A stretch of DNA of 31,430 bases, from positions 1 through 31,430 of the IMG/VR virus record IMGVR_UViG_3300033077_000439, one strand, 5' to 3'. The stretch comes from a virus (Duplodnaviria; Caudoviricetes). The first letter of the stretch is position 1; the number at the start of each line of letters is the position of its first letter. The notes beneath the pieces are model-generated. The model saw only the letters and a program-made list of their open reading frames with translations. It was not told the DNA's origin and ran no database searches. Position numbers and translations under genes: made by a program. This document shows positions 1-8,355 of the stretch, piece after piece.

Positions 1-1832
1 GTCATTCTTGGAGGGAGAAATCCCTTTGTAGTTGCTTTCATTTCTAAAAGTGCTGAAGTAGCTACAAAAGCATTAACTCCCGCCTCATCAAATAAAGTTT
101 GTCCGTTACCTTGAACTCTAAAACAAAATGAACTTAAACCTATTGCGGCAGTTGTCCCTGTAATTTGACTTTGTAATAATCCTGAAGTTCTAATTTGTGT
201 AACCGACCCTCCTAAATCTACATATTTTGCTCCTGAGCCTTCAATTATTTGTAAAGCATTTGTATTATCAGAATAAATAAAAGACACAGGCGTAACTGTT
301 GAACTTACAAAATTACTTTTTACTAAAACTTGCAATCCGTTAACTTGAAACAAATCAGCAGTATCAGCACTATTCCTAACTCGTAAAGCTATATCGGTTG
401 AAAGTGCCCCACCTGCTTTGATTTGAAGTTTACCTCCGTTGTCCGTAAAAGTATTAACTAACACATTACCATCCAATAATTGAATTTTAGAAGCACTTAT
501 TGTTAATCTTTCATTTAAAGTTCCTAAAGTATTATAACTTTCAATAACTCCTCCATAATTTGCACTTAAATAACCTCTTAATCTAATCTGTCCTCCTAAT
601 GATTTGAATACTGTAGAAATACCATTATCAGCTAATTCAATTTGAAGTTTAGCTGTTGGACTTGCTGTTCCAATCCCTAATCTATTATTAGTATTATCCC
701 AAAAGAAATTACTATTTTTTTGTGCTATTGTAGTTCCATCTGAAAATAAAACTGAGCCACTTGTTAAACTTGGTAAATTAAATTTTCCATTAAAAGTATT
801 CCAATTTGTAGAAGTTAAATATCCATCTGAAGAAGTTGTTGCTGCACCTAATTTAGTTTTAATTGTAGCATTTGTTTCATCACCTGTATTTGTTCCACTT
901 TGATTTCCAATAGTTGTTAAATTAGCATCAGTAACGTAACGCTTATTTGTTGAATCTGCAATATCAGCAGTTGTAACGCTTTTATTTTTCCATAAATCAG
1001 TAGCAACATCATAAGATAATAATTGTTTATCTGCAACACTTGAAATAGCTACATCGTGTATTTCTTCTAATTCATATCCATTTTGTATACCTACTTCAAT
1101 TTGTCCTAATGTTGGGTGTGAACGAGTAACTTTTCCTATATAAACTAAATGCGTTGGTGCTAATGTTTTTGTTGATGTATATGTTCCTGCTGTAACTCCA
1201 CTTAAATATAATTGTACTCCTTCTGTAAAAGCTGAAGTATCCAATCCTGATAAATCACCAATTATAACACAATATCCTACACCATTATTTGAAATACTTG
1301 ATTGTAATAAACCAAATGTTCTTGCACTTAAAACATCTGTAGTAGCTAATGCTTTTGATACTAATGGTTTATTTCCATTTGCTCCACTAATATAAACTAC
1401 AGTACCTTTAGTTAAAGTTGCACCTGTCATATTTTTAACTTCACGTACTAATGTACCTGCTTGTCCTGCTGTTGGAATATCTAATGCAGTTATAAAAGGA
1501 TTTGTACCATCAGCACCATTATTAGTTAATTGACTTGTTTGTGTTGGTATTGTAGGTTTATTTAATATTTGAGCATCGCCTGAAGTAGCGTTCCAATCAG
1601 CGTTTACATTTACTTCTGCACCTGTAGCAATACCATCTAATTTGGTTTTTAAAGCATTAGTAAAGTTATTATCTGAAGTAGGAATTACAACATCACCAAT
1701 TTGACCATTTACAGAAGTAACAGGTGAAACACTTGTAACAGAATTAACATTTATTGTTGTTAAATTAGGTTGTGCATTTATAGTAACTGTTTCAACAGTT
1801 TCATATACATTTATATCTATTATATCAGCCAT
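1..1832 (-). CDS. Tail fibre / receptor-binding protein, 5' part (continues across the window end into 31313-31430; 649 aa total)
   Basis: Not in the ORF track. ATG at 1832 is open to base 1 (MADIIDINVYETV...FFWDNTNNRLGIGTASP...KGFLPPRM). Thr/Gly/Ser-rich, with motifs typical of Bacteroidota phage fibres. Confidence 0.8.
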   Translation of the reverse strand, partial: MADIIDINVYETVETVTINAQPNLTTINVNSVTSVSPVTSVNGQIGDVVIPTSDNNFTNALKTKLDGIATGAEVNVNADWNATSGDAQILNKPTIPTQTSQLTNNGADGTNPFITALDIPTAGQAGTLVREVKNMTGATLTKGTVVYISGANGNKPLVSKALATTDVLSARTFGLLQSSISNNGVGYCVIIGDLSGLDTSAFTEGVQLYLSGVTAGTYTSTKTLAPTHLVYIGKVTRSHPTLGQIEVGIQNGYELEEIHDVAISSVADKQLLSYDVATDLWKNKSVTTADIADSTNKRYVTDANLTTIGNQSGTNTGDETNATIKTKLGAATTSSDGYLTSTNWNTFNGKFNLPSLTSGSVLFSDGTTIAQKNSNFFWDNTNNRLGIGTASPTAKLQIELADNGISTVFKSLGGQIRLRGYLSANYGGVIESYNTLGTLNERLTISASKIQLLDGNVLVNTFTDNGGKLQIKAGGALSTDIALRVRNSADTADLFQVNGLQVLVKSNFVSSTVTPVSFIYSDNTNALQIIEGSGAKYVDLGGSVTQIRTSGLLQSQITGTTAAIGLSSFCFRVQGNGQTLFDEAGVNAFVATSALLEMKATTKGFLPPRM

Positions 1833-1833
1833 A

Positions 1834-2169
1834 TTATCTTGTTATATCACATTTAACTACAAAATTTCCTTCAACCCAAGTTTTAACAGTTCCATCAGAA
1901 AATGTTATTTCAATATCGTATAAATAATTAAATTCAGGTATATTAATTATTTGCTTGTTAATTTTAAATAAACCACCTGCAGCATTTGTAATAGTTAAAC
2001 CTGCACTTGCAACAGAAGTAAAAGATAAAATAGGAACTCCACCACATTCTTTTTTTAATTGCATTTTAATAACTGCACCTGTTAAATTTAATGCTACAGA
2101 ATTTTTAACAACTGCAAAATTAACAATTTCAAATGTATCGCCCTGTATATGTGAAAAGTTTAAACTCAT
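1834..2169 (-). CDS. Virion structural protein, BppU N-terminal-like beta domain
   Basis: QGDTF...LNLTGA.IKMQ...YLYDIEITFSDGTVKTWVEGNF pattern; lies just upstream of the fibre gene. Confidence 0.6.
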   Translation of the reverse strand: MSLNFSHIQGDTFEIVNFAVVKNSVALNLTGAVIKMQLKKECGGVPILSFTSVASAGLTITNAAGGLFKINKQIINIPEFNYLYDIEITFSDGTVKTWVEGNFVVKCDITR

Positions 2170-2261
2170 AACGTTTTTTGTTTTTCTAATTTATTTAAAA
2201 AGATTTCTAATTTTTTAACATTAGTTTCTTTTGGTTTATATGTTTCTTTTATAGTACCCAT
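2166..2261 (-). CDS. Small basic hypothetical protein (31 aa, MGTIKETYKPKETNVKKLEIFLNKLEKQKTL)
   Basis: Fills the gap; its TGA overlaps the next ATG (ATGA coupling). Confidence 0.5.
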   Translation of the reverse strand: MGTIKETYKPKETNVKKLEIFLNKLEKQKTL

Positions 2262-2749
2262 CCTGTAAAATTTGAATCTTTATCAGGATATACATCAGCA
2301 TTAGAATTAGTATTATATTCAGGAAAAGATACTTGGTTGAAAGTCATATAATCAATAAAACGATTTGTATAACTTTGTGCAGTATCACGTGCCTTTTCAA
2401 TTAAAAAATCTATTTCTGTTTTATCAACTACAGTACTATTTTCTGAATTATGTTTAAATACACCTTTCTCGCTTATTTTAATTGATGCGTAAGGCAAATA
2501 TTCTACCATAGTCCAATGTATTACCATCATTTTAATATAATCGCTTAAAAGCGTTGTATATGGACTTGCTAAATTACCTGCTACAATACCATCGTTAATT
2601 TTGTTATATAATTTAGTACCTAAATAGTTTTGAATATGTACTTGTTGTGCCTGAAAGATATATTGTGTATAACTATCAGGGTCTACATTACCATTTATAA
2701 TAGTATGTTTAACTAAATCGTTTGTTGTTATAAAGAGTGCTTTTGCCAT
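2249..2749 (-). CDS. Head-tail adaptor/connector protein
   Basis: Helical 166-aa protein directly after the portal; AQxxHIQNYLGTKLY motif. Confidence 0.6.
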   Translation of the reverse strand: MAKALFITTNDLVKHTIINGNVDPDSYTQYIFQAQQVHIQNYLGTKLYNKINDGIVAGNLASPYTTLLSDYIKMMVIHWTMVEYLPYASIKISEKGVFKHNSENSTVVDKTEIDFLIEKARDTAQSYTNRFIDYMTFNQVSFPEYNTNSNADVYPDKDSNFTGWVL

Positions 2750-2755
2750 TTCTTA

Positions 2756-4549
2756 TTAATTTGTATATCCCATTTTATCCCAATATTCTTGTGTATATCC
2801 TTTTGTAGGCATATCTGATGGCTTCATAGAAACTTCTTTATCATTTCTAATTCTATAACCATATTTTTCAGCTTTTGCAGAACTAATAGCTTTAGCATTT
2901 GGATTTGTAGGGTCAATTTTAATACCATCAAAGTTAGCATATGTTCTACGTAACCATTTATGATTGCATCTTGCACCACCTTTGTAAAGCCAAATTGAAT
3001 AAGTATCAGAACCATTGACTCCAAATCCTTCATTTACAACTTGCTTTTCCATATTCATTATATCTTCTTTACGATATACTTTTTCAGCACGTAACATTTT
3101 ACTGCAAAATTCACGTTCACCTGATAAATTACCACTATAAACATATCTTGTAATAAATTGAATACCATCAACAACAGCGTCTTGTTCAGGACTTTTAATA
3201 TTTGGTCTTGCAGTACCTGTAGAAGTTATAAATTTCCATATTTTAGATAATGTACTTTTCTTTTTATTATTTAAAGTGTTTATTTCAGCATCTAACTCTT
3301 CTTCTGTATCGTAATCAACTTCAGTTTCATCAATTAAAAACCATTCATCACTTAAATCTTCACCTTTTTCAATTAAAGCATCTGCAATACTATCACTTGC
3401 TAAATTATGTGAACACATTTTAACACCTGTTTCTTCTTCTGTAGTTTCTTTATTCATTCCTTCTACATCAACAAATTCTAATGGTTGTATTGTTTTAAAA
3501 TATAATTTTAATGATATACTATTAATTGCTAATATTTCATCTAAAGCATCAATAATTTCTAATTGGTAAGGTTTAATAACTATATTATCAAATAATAAAG
3601 TTGCAGTTTTAATTTCATCTGCATTATTACCAAGCCCACCATCACCTGTACGTATTCCTAACAACATAGGTGAAGTAACTCTATGACCTACAATAAGTTT
3701 ATCAAAACATTCTTTACTTAAGTACTCGTAGTGAGCAGGTGCATCGTTTAATGGTAAATCTTCAACAGTAGTTTTACTTTCTGCATTAGCATTAAAAGCT
3801 ATAATAACTTTTTCACCTCTTGCTCCTGTTAATTTATTCATTACATCACGCTTCATTTTATCACGCATTTCCTCAGAAGGAATACCATTATTGAAGTTAA
3901 TTACTTTTGTGCCACTAAATCCGTTTTCAACATCATTAATTTGATAATCACCTATTTTTTCTTCTAATAAAGCATAAGGTAAAGAACCTGAATAATCTAT
4001 TGGACTATAATAGTCAAATCCACTTACATAAGGTTGTATTACATAAATTTCAACTTCATTACCATTACCAAAACCAAAAGAAGGAATACGTTTTACATCT
4101 TCACTTGGCTTCTTTTTAGTCCAATCGTGGTGATAATACCACGCTTCAATTTGTCCTTTATCATTACATTTTTCAGCACGTAAAGTTTGCATAGGAAAAT
4201 GAAGTACTTGCTTAACTTGTTTATTTTGCATTACAACCTGCATAGCAGCCATTCCTAACAATTTACGTTCTAAAGCTATTTTTCGCAAATCTGAATCTTT
4301 AATTATAGATTTCATTTGTGCATAATCATTTGGCTTTTTGTTAGAATCTAAAGCATCTAAACCTTTTCCGTAAATCATATTTGCAACACCTGTAATAATT
4401 GCACCATTTGTAGCAGAATATAAATATCTATCAATTAAATATTGAAAGTAATTATTATCACTTCCGTATTCTATATAATTATTTCTTTTATTTTCCTGAA
4501 TTACAGGGCTTGTATAAGCACTTAAATTTACTATTGATATATTACTCAT
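2756..4549 (-). CDS. Portal protein with C-terminal MuF-like extension
   Basis: YGxDNNYFQYLIDRY, NGFSG, HRVTSPMLLGI and GLGNNADE portal motifs; C-terminal REFC...YKGGARCNHKW. Confidence 0.8.
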   Translation of the reverse strand: MSNISIVNLSAYTSPVIQENKRNNYIEYGSDNNYFQYLIDRYLYSATNGAIITGVANMIYGKGLDALDSNKKPNDYAQMKSIIKDSDLRKIALERKLLGMAAMQVVMQNKQVKQVLHFPMQTLRAEKCNDKGQIEAWYYHHDWTKKKPSEDVKRIPSFGFGNGNEVEIYVIQPYVSGFDYYSPIDYSGSLPYALLEEKIGDYQINDVENGFSGTKVINFNNGIPSEEMRDKMKRDVMNKLTGARGEKVIIAFNANAESKTTVEDLPLNDAPAHYEYLSKECFDKLIVGHRVTSPMLLGIRTGDGGLGNNADEIKTATLLFDNIVIKPYQLEIIDALDEILAINSISLKLYFKTIQPLEFVDVEGMNKETTEEETGVKMCSHNLASDSIADALIEKGEDLSDEWFLIDETEVDYDTEEELDAEINTLNNKKKSTLSKIWKFITSTGTARPNIKSPEQDAVVDGIQFITRYVYSGNLSGEREFCSKMLRAEKVYRKEDIMNMEKQVVNEGFGVNGSDTYSIWLYKGGARCNHKWLRRTYANFDGIKIDPTNPNAKAISSAKAEKYGYRIRNDKEVSMKPSDMPTKGYTQEYWDKMGYTN

Positions 4550-4871
4550 AAATTTTAAATTCGTTGTTTGTAACGTTTGATACGTATTGATTTTGGTTTA
4601 CTGTATACGTATCATTCGCTTGGTTTGTGCAAAAGATTTTATCTTTGTAAACTATATTGTTATCATTTTTAATAGTTAAATTATAAAATGTATTTTCTGA
4701 TAAATCAAAAATAGTTGTAGCAGTTATATAATAATCTGACAAATAAAATTCAGCTACTATGTTTGTTTCAATTCCTGTAGTTTCATTTCTTAAAATAATA
4801 GTATTAGCTACCATATCTCTTGGAATAAAAGATATACTTTGTGGCGTTGTTTGCTTCTTTAAAATTATCAT
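4542..4871 (-). CDS. Putative head-completion/structural protein
   Basis: Beta-rich 109-aa protein between the major tail protein and portal. Confidence 0.45.
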   Translation of the reverse strand: MIILKKQTTPQSISFIPRDMVANTIILRNETTGIETNIVAEFYLSDYYITATTIFDLSENTFYNLTIKNDNNIVYKDKIFCTNQANDTYTVNQNQYVSNVTNNEFKIYE

Positions 4872-4889
4872 AAACTATTTTTATATATT

Positions 4890-4911
4890 AATAATTTAAA
4901 GTTAAAATTGT
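4890..4911 (-). promoter_or_regulatory. Putative late promoter (ACAA-N13-TTATT)
   Basis: Same motif and spacing at five late-operon starts. Confidence 0.6.
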
Positions 4912-4919
4912 TTTAAAAC

Positions 4920-4952
4920 AAAAAAGGCATACTAATTAAAGTACACCTTTTT
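4920..4952 (-). terminator. Intrinsic terminator after major tail gene
   Basis: AGGTGTACT-ttaatt-AGTATGCCT stem followed by a T run. Confidence 0.75.
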
Positions 4953-4972
4953 AAAAAAAACAAAAAATAATA

Positions 4973-5515
4973 TTATGCTACAGTACCTTCAACAATAGAA
5001 GCTAAAATACTTGTAGTTAATGGTCCTGTTACAAAGTTTGCAGGTACAGGTTCCATTCCTTGAAACTCCATTTTGTACCCACTCATATCACCCATAGCAG
5101 CACCACTTGAAATAGTTGAAGTAACTAAATCCATTCCTTTAGTTAAACCTGCTAAAAAGAAGTTTCCGTTGTTATCTTCTACAATAACTTGTGGTCTACC
5201 ATAAGATAATAATTTCAATTGCTTGTGGTCAGCAATAGTCAATTTTTTAATGCTTAAAGATAATTTTTGGTCTACAAATGTAGTTCCATTTTCTCTTGAT
5301 GAAGTAACAGTTTGTTCAAATGTTGAAGTCCCTTTTAATTCATATTTATAACCAACAGGCGTTCCACCTAAAGCAGTTATAACATCTTCTTGTCCTGCAG
5401 TTGCAGAATAAGTTACAGTTGTTGCATCACCCCAATTAATGAAGTATGCAGCTCTTAATCCTCCTACTGAATTTTTACATTGTTCGGCTCTTCCTAATGA
5501 TATATCGCAAGGCAT
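4973..5515 (-). CDS. Major tail (tube) protein
   Basis: 180 aa after the capsid gene; CK..VGG, SRENGTTF and VIVEDNNG motifs of Bacteroidota siphovirus tube proteins. Confidence 0.7.
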   Translation of the reverse strand: MPCDISLGRAEQCKNSVGGLRAAYFINWGDATTVTYSATAGQEDVITALGGTPVGYKYELKGTSTFEQTVTSSRENGTTFVDQKLSLSIKKLTIADHKQLKLLSYGRPQVIVEDNNGNFFLAGLTKGMDLVTSTISSGAAMGDMSGYKMEFQGMEPVPANFVTGPLTTSILASIVEGTVA

Positions 5516-5538
5516 AATTTTATGTTTTTAAAGTTAAT

Positions 5539-5566
5539 AAAAAAGGGAAGGCATTTTACCTCCCCT
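5539..5566 (-). terminator. Intrinsic terminator after major capsid gene
   Basis: GGGAGGT-aaaat-GCCTTCCC stem followed by T6. Confidence 0.8.
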
Positions 5567-5589
5567 TAATTAATTATACTAAGTTAATA

Positions 5590-6555
5590 TTAGTTAGCAG
5601 CGTTTGTAATTCCGTATGTAGTGATATCTTCTACATTACCATATTGAACAGCAGCAGTAAATCTCATAACAACTCTTACGTTTTGTGAACCATCAATATC
5701 AGCCATATCAATAACTTTAACTTCATTAGAATCATTTAATAAACCTGTTCCAAAGAATAAGTTAGATTTTTGTGCAGCGATAGCAACAGTTGGAGCTAAA
5801 CCATTTGCAACAAATATTTTAATTCCATCAAAAGATAAACTTCCGTTGTTATACCATTGTGTTCCCATAGCATTAGTACCATTAGCACCTAAACCTGATG
5901 CTCCAAATCCTCCTAAAGCTCTAACATAAGCTCTTGCAGTTGCTTGTGAAACATAAAGATATAAATCTTCTTTTCCATAAAGTGAAGCAGGAATAGCATC
6001 TACTAATTTACCAAGTTCTGCAACAACAGTAGCAGCAGCAGTAATGTTAGTTGAAGTAGCAGCAACTTCTTGTGCAGCAGGTAAACCTGCATCTAAAGTT
6101 AACAATCTTGTAAATCCGTTAAATTCACCTGCATTAGCAGTAACTCCTGCCCAAATGTTTTTCTCTGTTTTTTCAGCAACTTTAGTAGCAACGTGAGAAA
6201 TTAAGAAGTCAGCAAAACTTGGTGGTAAAGAATCAAATGCAGAATATCCCATTTGAACCGCATCCCAAGTTTGGTGGAAGTCTTTTTTACAAAGTTGTAA
6301 ATTTACTTGAAATTCTTCAGGTTGAATAATTTTTTCAGTAAGTGTAACAGTTGAAGTAGCATCAAAATCACAAGTAGCATCTTTAACGATTGCATCAGTT
6401 CCAATTTTTTGGATAACTTGTTTGAATTTTACGTTTGGTAATACTTCAATTCCACCATTTGCAATAGTAGAACCTGATAATAATGCTGCAGAAATATATT
6501 TTCCTGCAAATTCACCTGCATAAGTAGGCGAAGTAATGGTTGTAGTAGTAGCCAT
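5590..6555 (-). CDS. Major capsid protein
   Basis: 321 aa following the scaffold; YAGEFAGKYI...LQLCKKDF; terminator immediately downstream. Confidence 0.85.
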   Translation of the reverse strand: MATTTTITSPTYAGEFAGKYISAALLSGSTIANGGIEVLPNVKFKQVIQKIGTDAIVKDATCDFDATSTVTLTEKIIQPEEFQVNLQLCKKDFHQTWDAVQMGYSAFDSLPPSFADFLISHVATKVAEKTEKNIWAGVTANAGEFNGFTRLLTLDAGLPAAQEVAATSTNITAAATVVAELGKLVDAIPASLYGKEDLYLYVSQATARAYVRALGGFGASGLGANGTNAMGTQWYNNGSLSFDGIKIFVANGLAPTVAIAAQKSNLFFGTGLLNDSNEVKVIDMADIDGSQNVRVVMRFTAAVQYGNVEDITTYGITNAAN

Positions 6556-6561
6556 AATTTA

Positions 6562-7110
6562 TTAATTAAAAAGTTTTGACATAACTAAATCTTGTGTAGT
6601 CATTTGTCGGTTAGGTGATAATTTATTTAGTTTAACTTCGTTTTTAACTTCAGGTGAGTGTGTTAATGGTTCAACAACAACTTCTGAACTTAATTCTTCT
6701 TTAACAACTTCTTTAGCTAATTTTAATTCAGCAATTTCAGTTCTTAATTTTTCAATTTCTGCAAAAAACATTTCTTTAGAAACTGACTCAACAATTCTTT
6801 TTGGAGTAGCTGTTGCCGCTTGTGCTTCAACCTCAACTTCTACTTCAGCTTCAGGTGCTTCAGGCATTTCTGCCATTGGCTCTTTAATTTCAGCAATAAC
6901 ACCTTCAACAGCGACTACTAAAATCATACCATCTTCTAATTCGTATTCTCCAACAGGTACAGGAATTCTTTCCTCACCATTAACAATAAAAACATTATTA
7001 TCCATTTCAAAAGCATCTGCTTCTAAAACAGTAACTCCATCTTTAAGTTTCATTTGAGCAAGTTTTACTTCCATACCCAAAAGAGTTTTGATTTCATTAA
7101 TTACATTCAT
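6562..7110 (-). CDS. Capsid scaffolding protein
   Basis: Acidic, coiled-coil, P.GEYELEDG motif; immediately upstream of the capsid gene. Confidence 0.75.
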   Translation of the reverse strand: MNVINEIKTLLGMEVKLAQMKLKDGVTVLEADAFEMDNNVFIVNGEERIPVPVGEYELEDGMILVVAVEGVIAEIKEPMAEMPEAPEAEVEVEVEAQAATATPKRIVESVSKEMFFAEIEKLRTEIAELKLAKEVVKEELSSEVVVEPLTHSPEVKNEVKLNKLSPNRQMTTQDLVMSKLFN

Positions 7111-7129
7111 ATTTACTTATTTATTTATT

Positions 7130-7495
7130 TTAAATATTTTTAACTCTTGCAACCATAGTTTGAACAGTTCCTCTATCTCCTTTAGTCATTAAAGATTTAT
7201 ACCTTTTATACTCAGGTGTCCCTGTCCAATCTAAACCAATTTCTTTAAATTTAGCAAATAATTCATTCGATGCATCCATAGATTTGTCTAATAAAGATAT
7301 GTAAGCTTCACCATCACTAATAACGGTTGGTTTTATTTTATCTAATTCAGCAAAAATTTTATTAAATCTATTTAATGCATTTTCTGTAATATCTAAATAT
7401 TTTACAAAATCATTTATATTAGCTAATTCAACTTTTTGAGTTGCTAATTCTGTTTTTCCAAATAAAGAATTTATTACTAATTTTTCAGTTGTCAT
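7130..7495 (-). CDS. Putative internal capsid cargo protein (KTELA/KVELA motifs)
   Basis: N-terminus MTTEKLVINSLF resembles the scaffold C-terminus MTTQDLVMSKLF; has its own late promoter. Confidence 0.5.
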   Translation of the reverse strand: MTTEKLVINSLFGKTELATQKVELANINDFVKYLDITENALNRFNKIFAELDKIKPTVISDGEAYISLLDKSMDASNELFAKFKEIGLDWTGTPEYKRYKSLMTKGDRGTVQTMVARVKNI

Positions 7496-7514
7496 AATTT
7501 TATTTTTTTATATT

Positions 7515-7536
7515 AATTAAAGTTATTTATTATTGT
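7515..7536 (-). promoter_or_regulatory. Putative late promoter (ACAA-N13-TAATT variant)
   Basis: Motif upstream of the cargo/scaffold/capsid genes. Confidence 0.5.
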
Positions 7537-7542
7537 TATAAA

Positions 7543-7725
7543 TTAGTTAGTTCTTGTTGATATTACGTTACCTGCAGAATCTTTAACAACACAATTAGAT
7601 TGTGATACTGTAGCACCAATTCCTTGTTCTTGTAATTCACCTTTGCAACATTCTGAACTATATGTGTTATCTTTACACAAACATCCTCTTTTACCACCTT
7701 TTGGTGAACTTGTTTTATTTCCCAT
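7543..7725 (-). CDS. Small Cys-rich head-module protein
   Basis: SPKGGKRGCLCKDNTYSSECC.G.LQ.QGIG; start moved to MGNK (7725), which has an A-rich leader and avoids overlap. Confidence 0.6.
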   Translation of the reverse strand: MGNKTSSPKGGKRGCLCKDNTYSSECCKGELQEQGIGATVSQSNCVVKDSAGNVISTRTN

Positions 7726-7729
7726 AATT

Positions 7730-8320
7730 TTATTTATTAATTTCAGCATTAGTTATTATTGATTTTATTTTTTCAATCAATTCTTGTTCTTTTTCTAATT
7801 GTAAACTCATTTCTAATTTGTCAGCGAAGTAACCTTCAATTGAAAAACCTTTAACCTTACCTGTTTTTACAAAATCATTCCAAATAACATCATTGTTTAC
7901 TTTCATTGAAACAACCCAAGAACCAACAGGGGCATCTAAACCATATTTTTTTGATTTATCCATATCAGCATCTTCAACAATCCAAGATTCAACAATACTT
8001 AAATCTTTTAATTCTTTTTGGTGTTCTAATGTAGCATTGTTTTGATTTGAGTTCATTAAAAATAATTCACTTGCTTTGCGTACTGTTTCATCTGAAAAGA
8101 AAATGTAATATTCATCTTCACCATTTCTTCTGTAAATATGTTTATTAGGAATTAAAGCTGCACCCATTAAAATACGTTTTTCATCATCAACTTTAGCTAA
8201 TTGTAATTGTTGATTTAATGAAATAAAATTAGATTCTATTGCAGGAAATTCTACTATTGAAACTGCTTCAACTCCTGAAAGTTGTTCATTTTCGTCTATT
8301 ATAAGTTCTATTATCTTCAT
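7730..8320 (-). CDS. Prohead serine protease (XkdF-like)
   Basis: TLEH, W...VK.GKVKGFSIEG motifs; head-module position. Confidence 0.8.
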   Translation of the reverse strand: MKIIELIIDENEQLSGVEAVSIVEFPAIESNFISLNQQLQLAKVDDEKRILMGAALIPNKHIYRRNGEDEYYIFFSDETVRKASELFLMNSNQNNATLEHQKELKDLSIVESWIVEDADMDKSKKYGLDAPVGSWVVSMKVNNDVIWNDFVKTGKVKGFSIEGYFADKLEMSLQLEKEQELIEKIKSIITNAEINK

Positions 8321-8328
8321 ATTATTAA

Positions 8329-8350
8329 AATAAATTAAGTTTTGTTTTGT
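8329..8350 (-). promoter_or_regulatory. Putative late promoter (ACAA-N13-TTATT)
   Basis: Motif lies 8 nt upstream of the protease ATG. Confidence 0.55.
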
Positions 8351-8355
8351 TTTAA

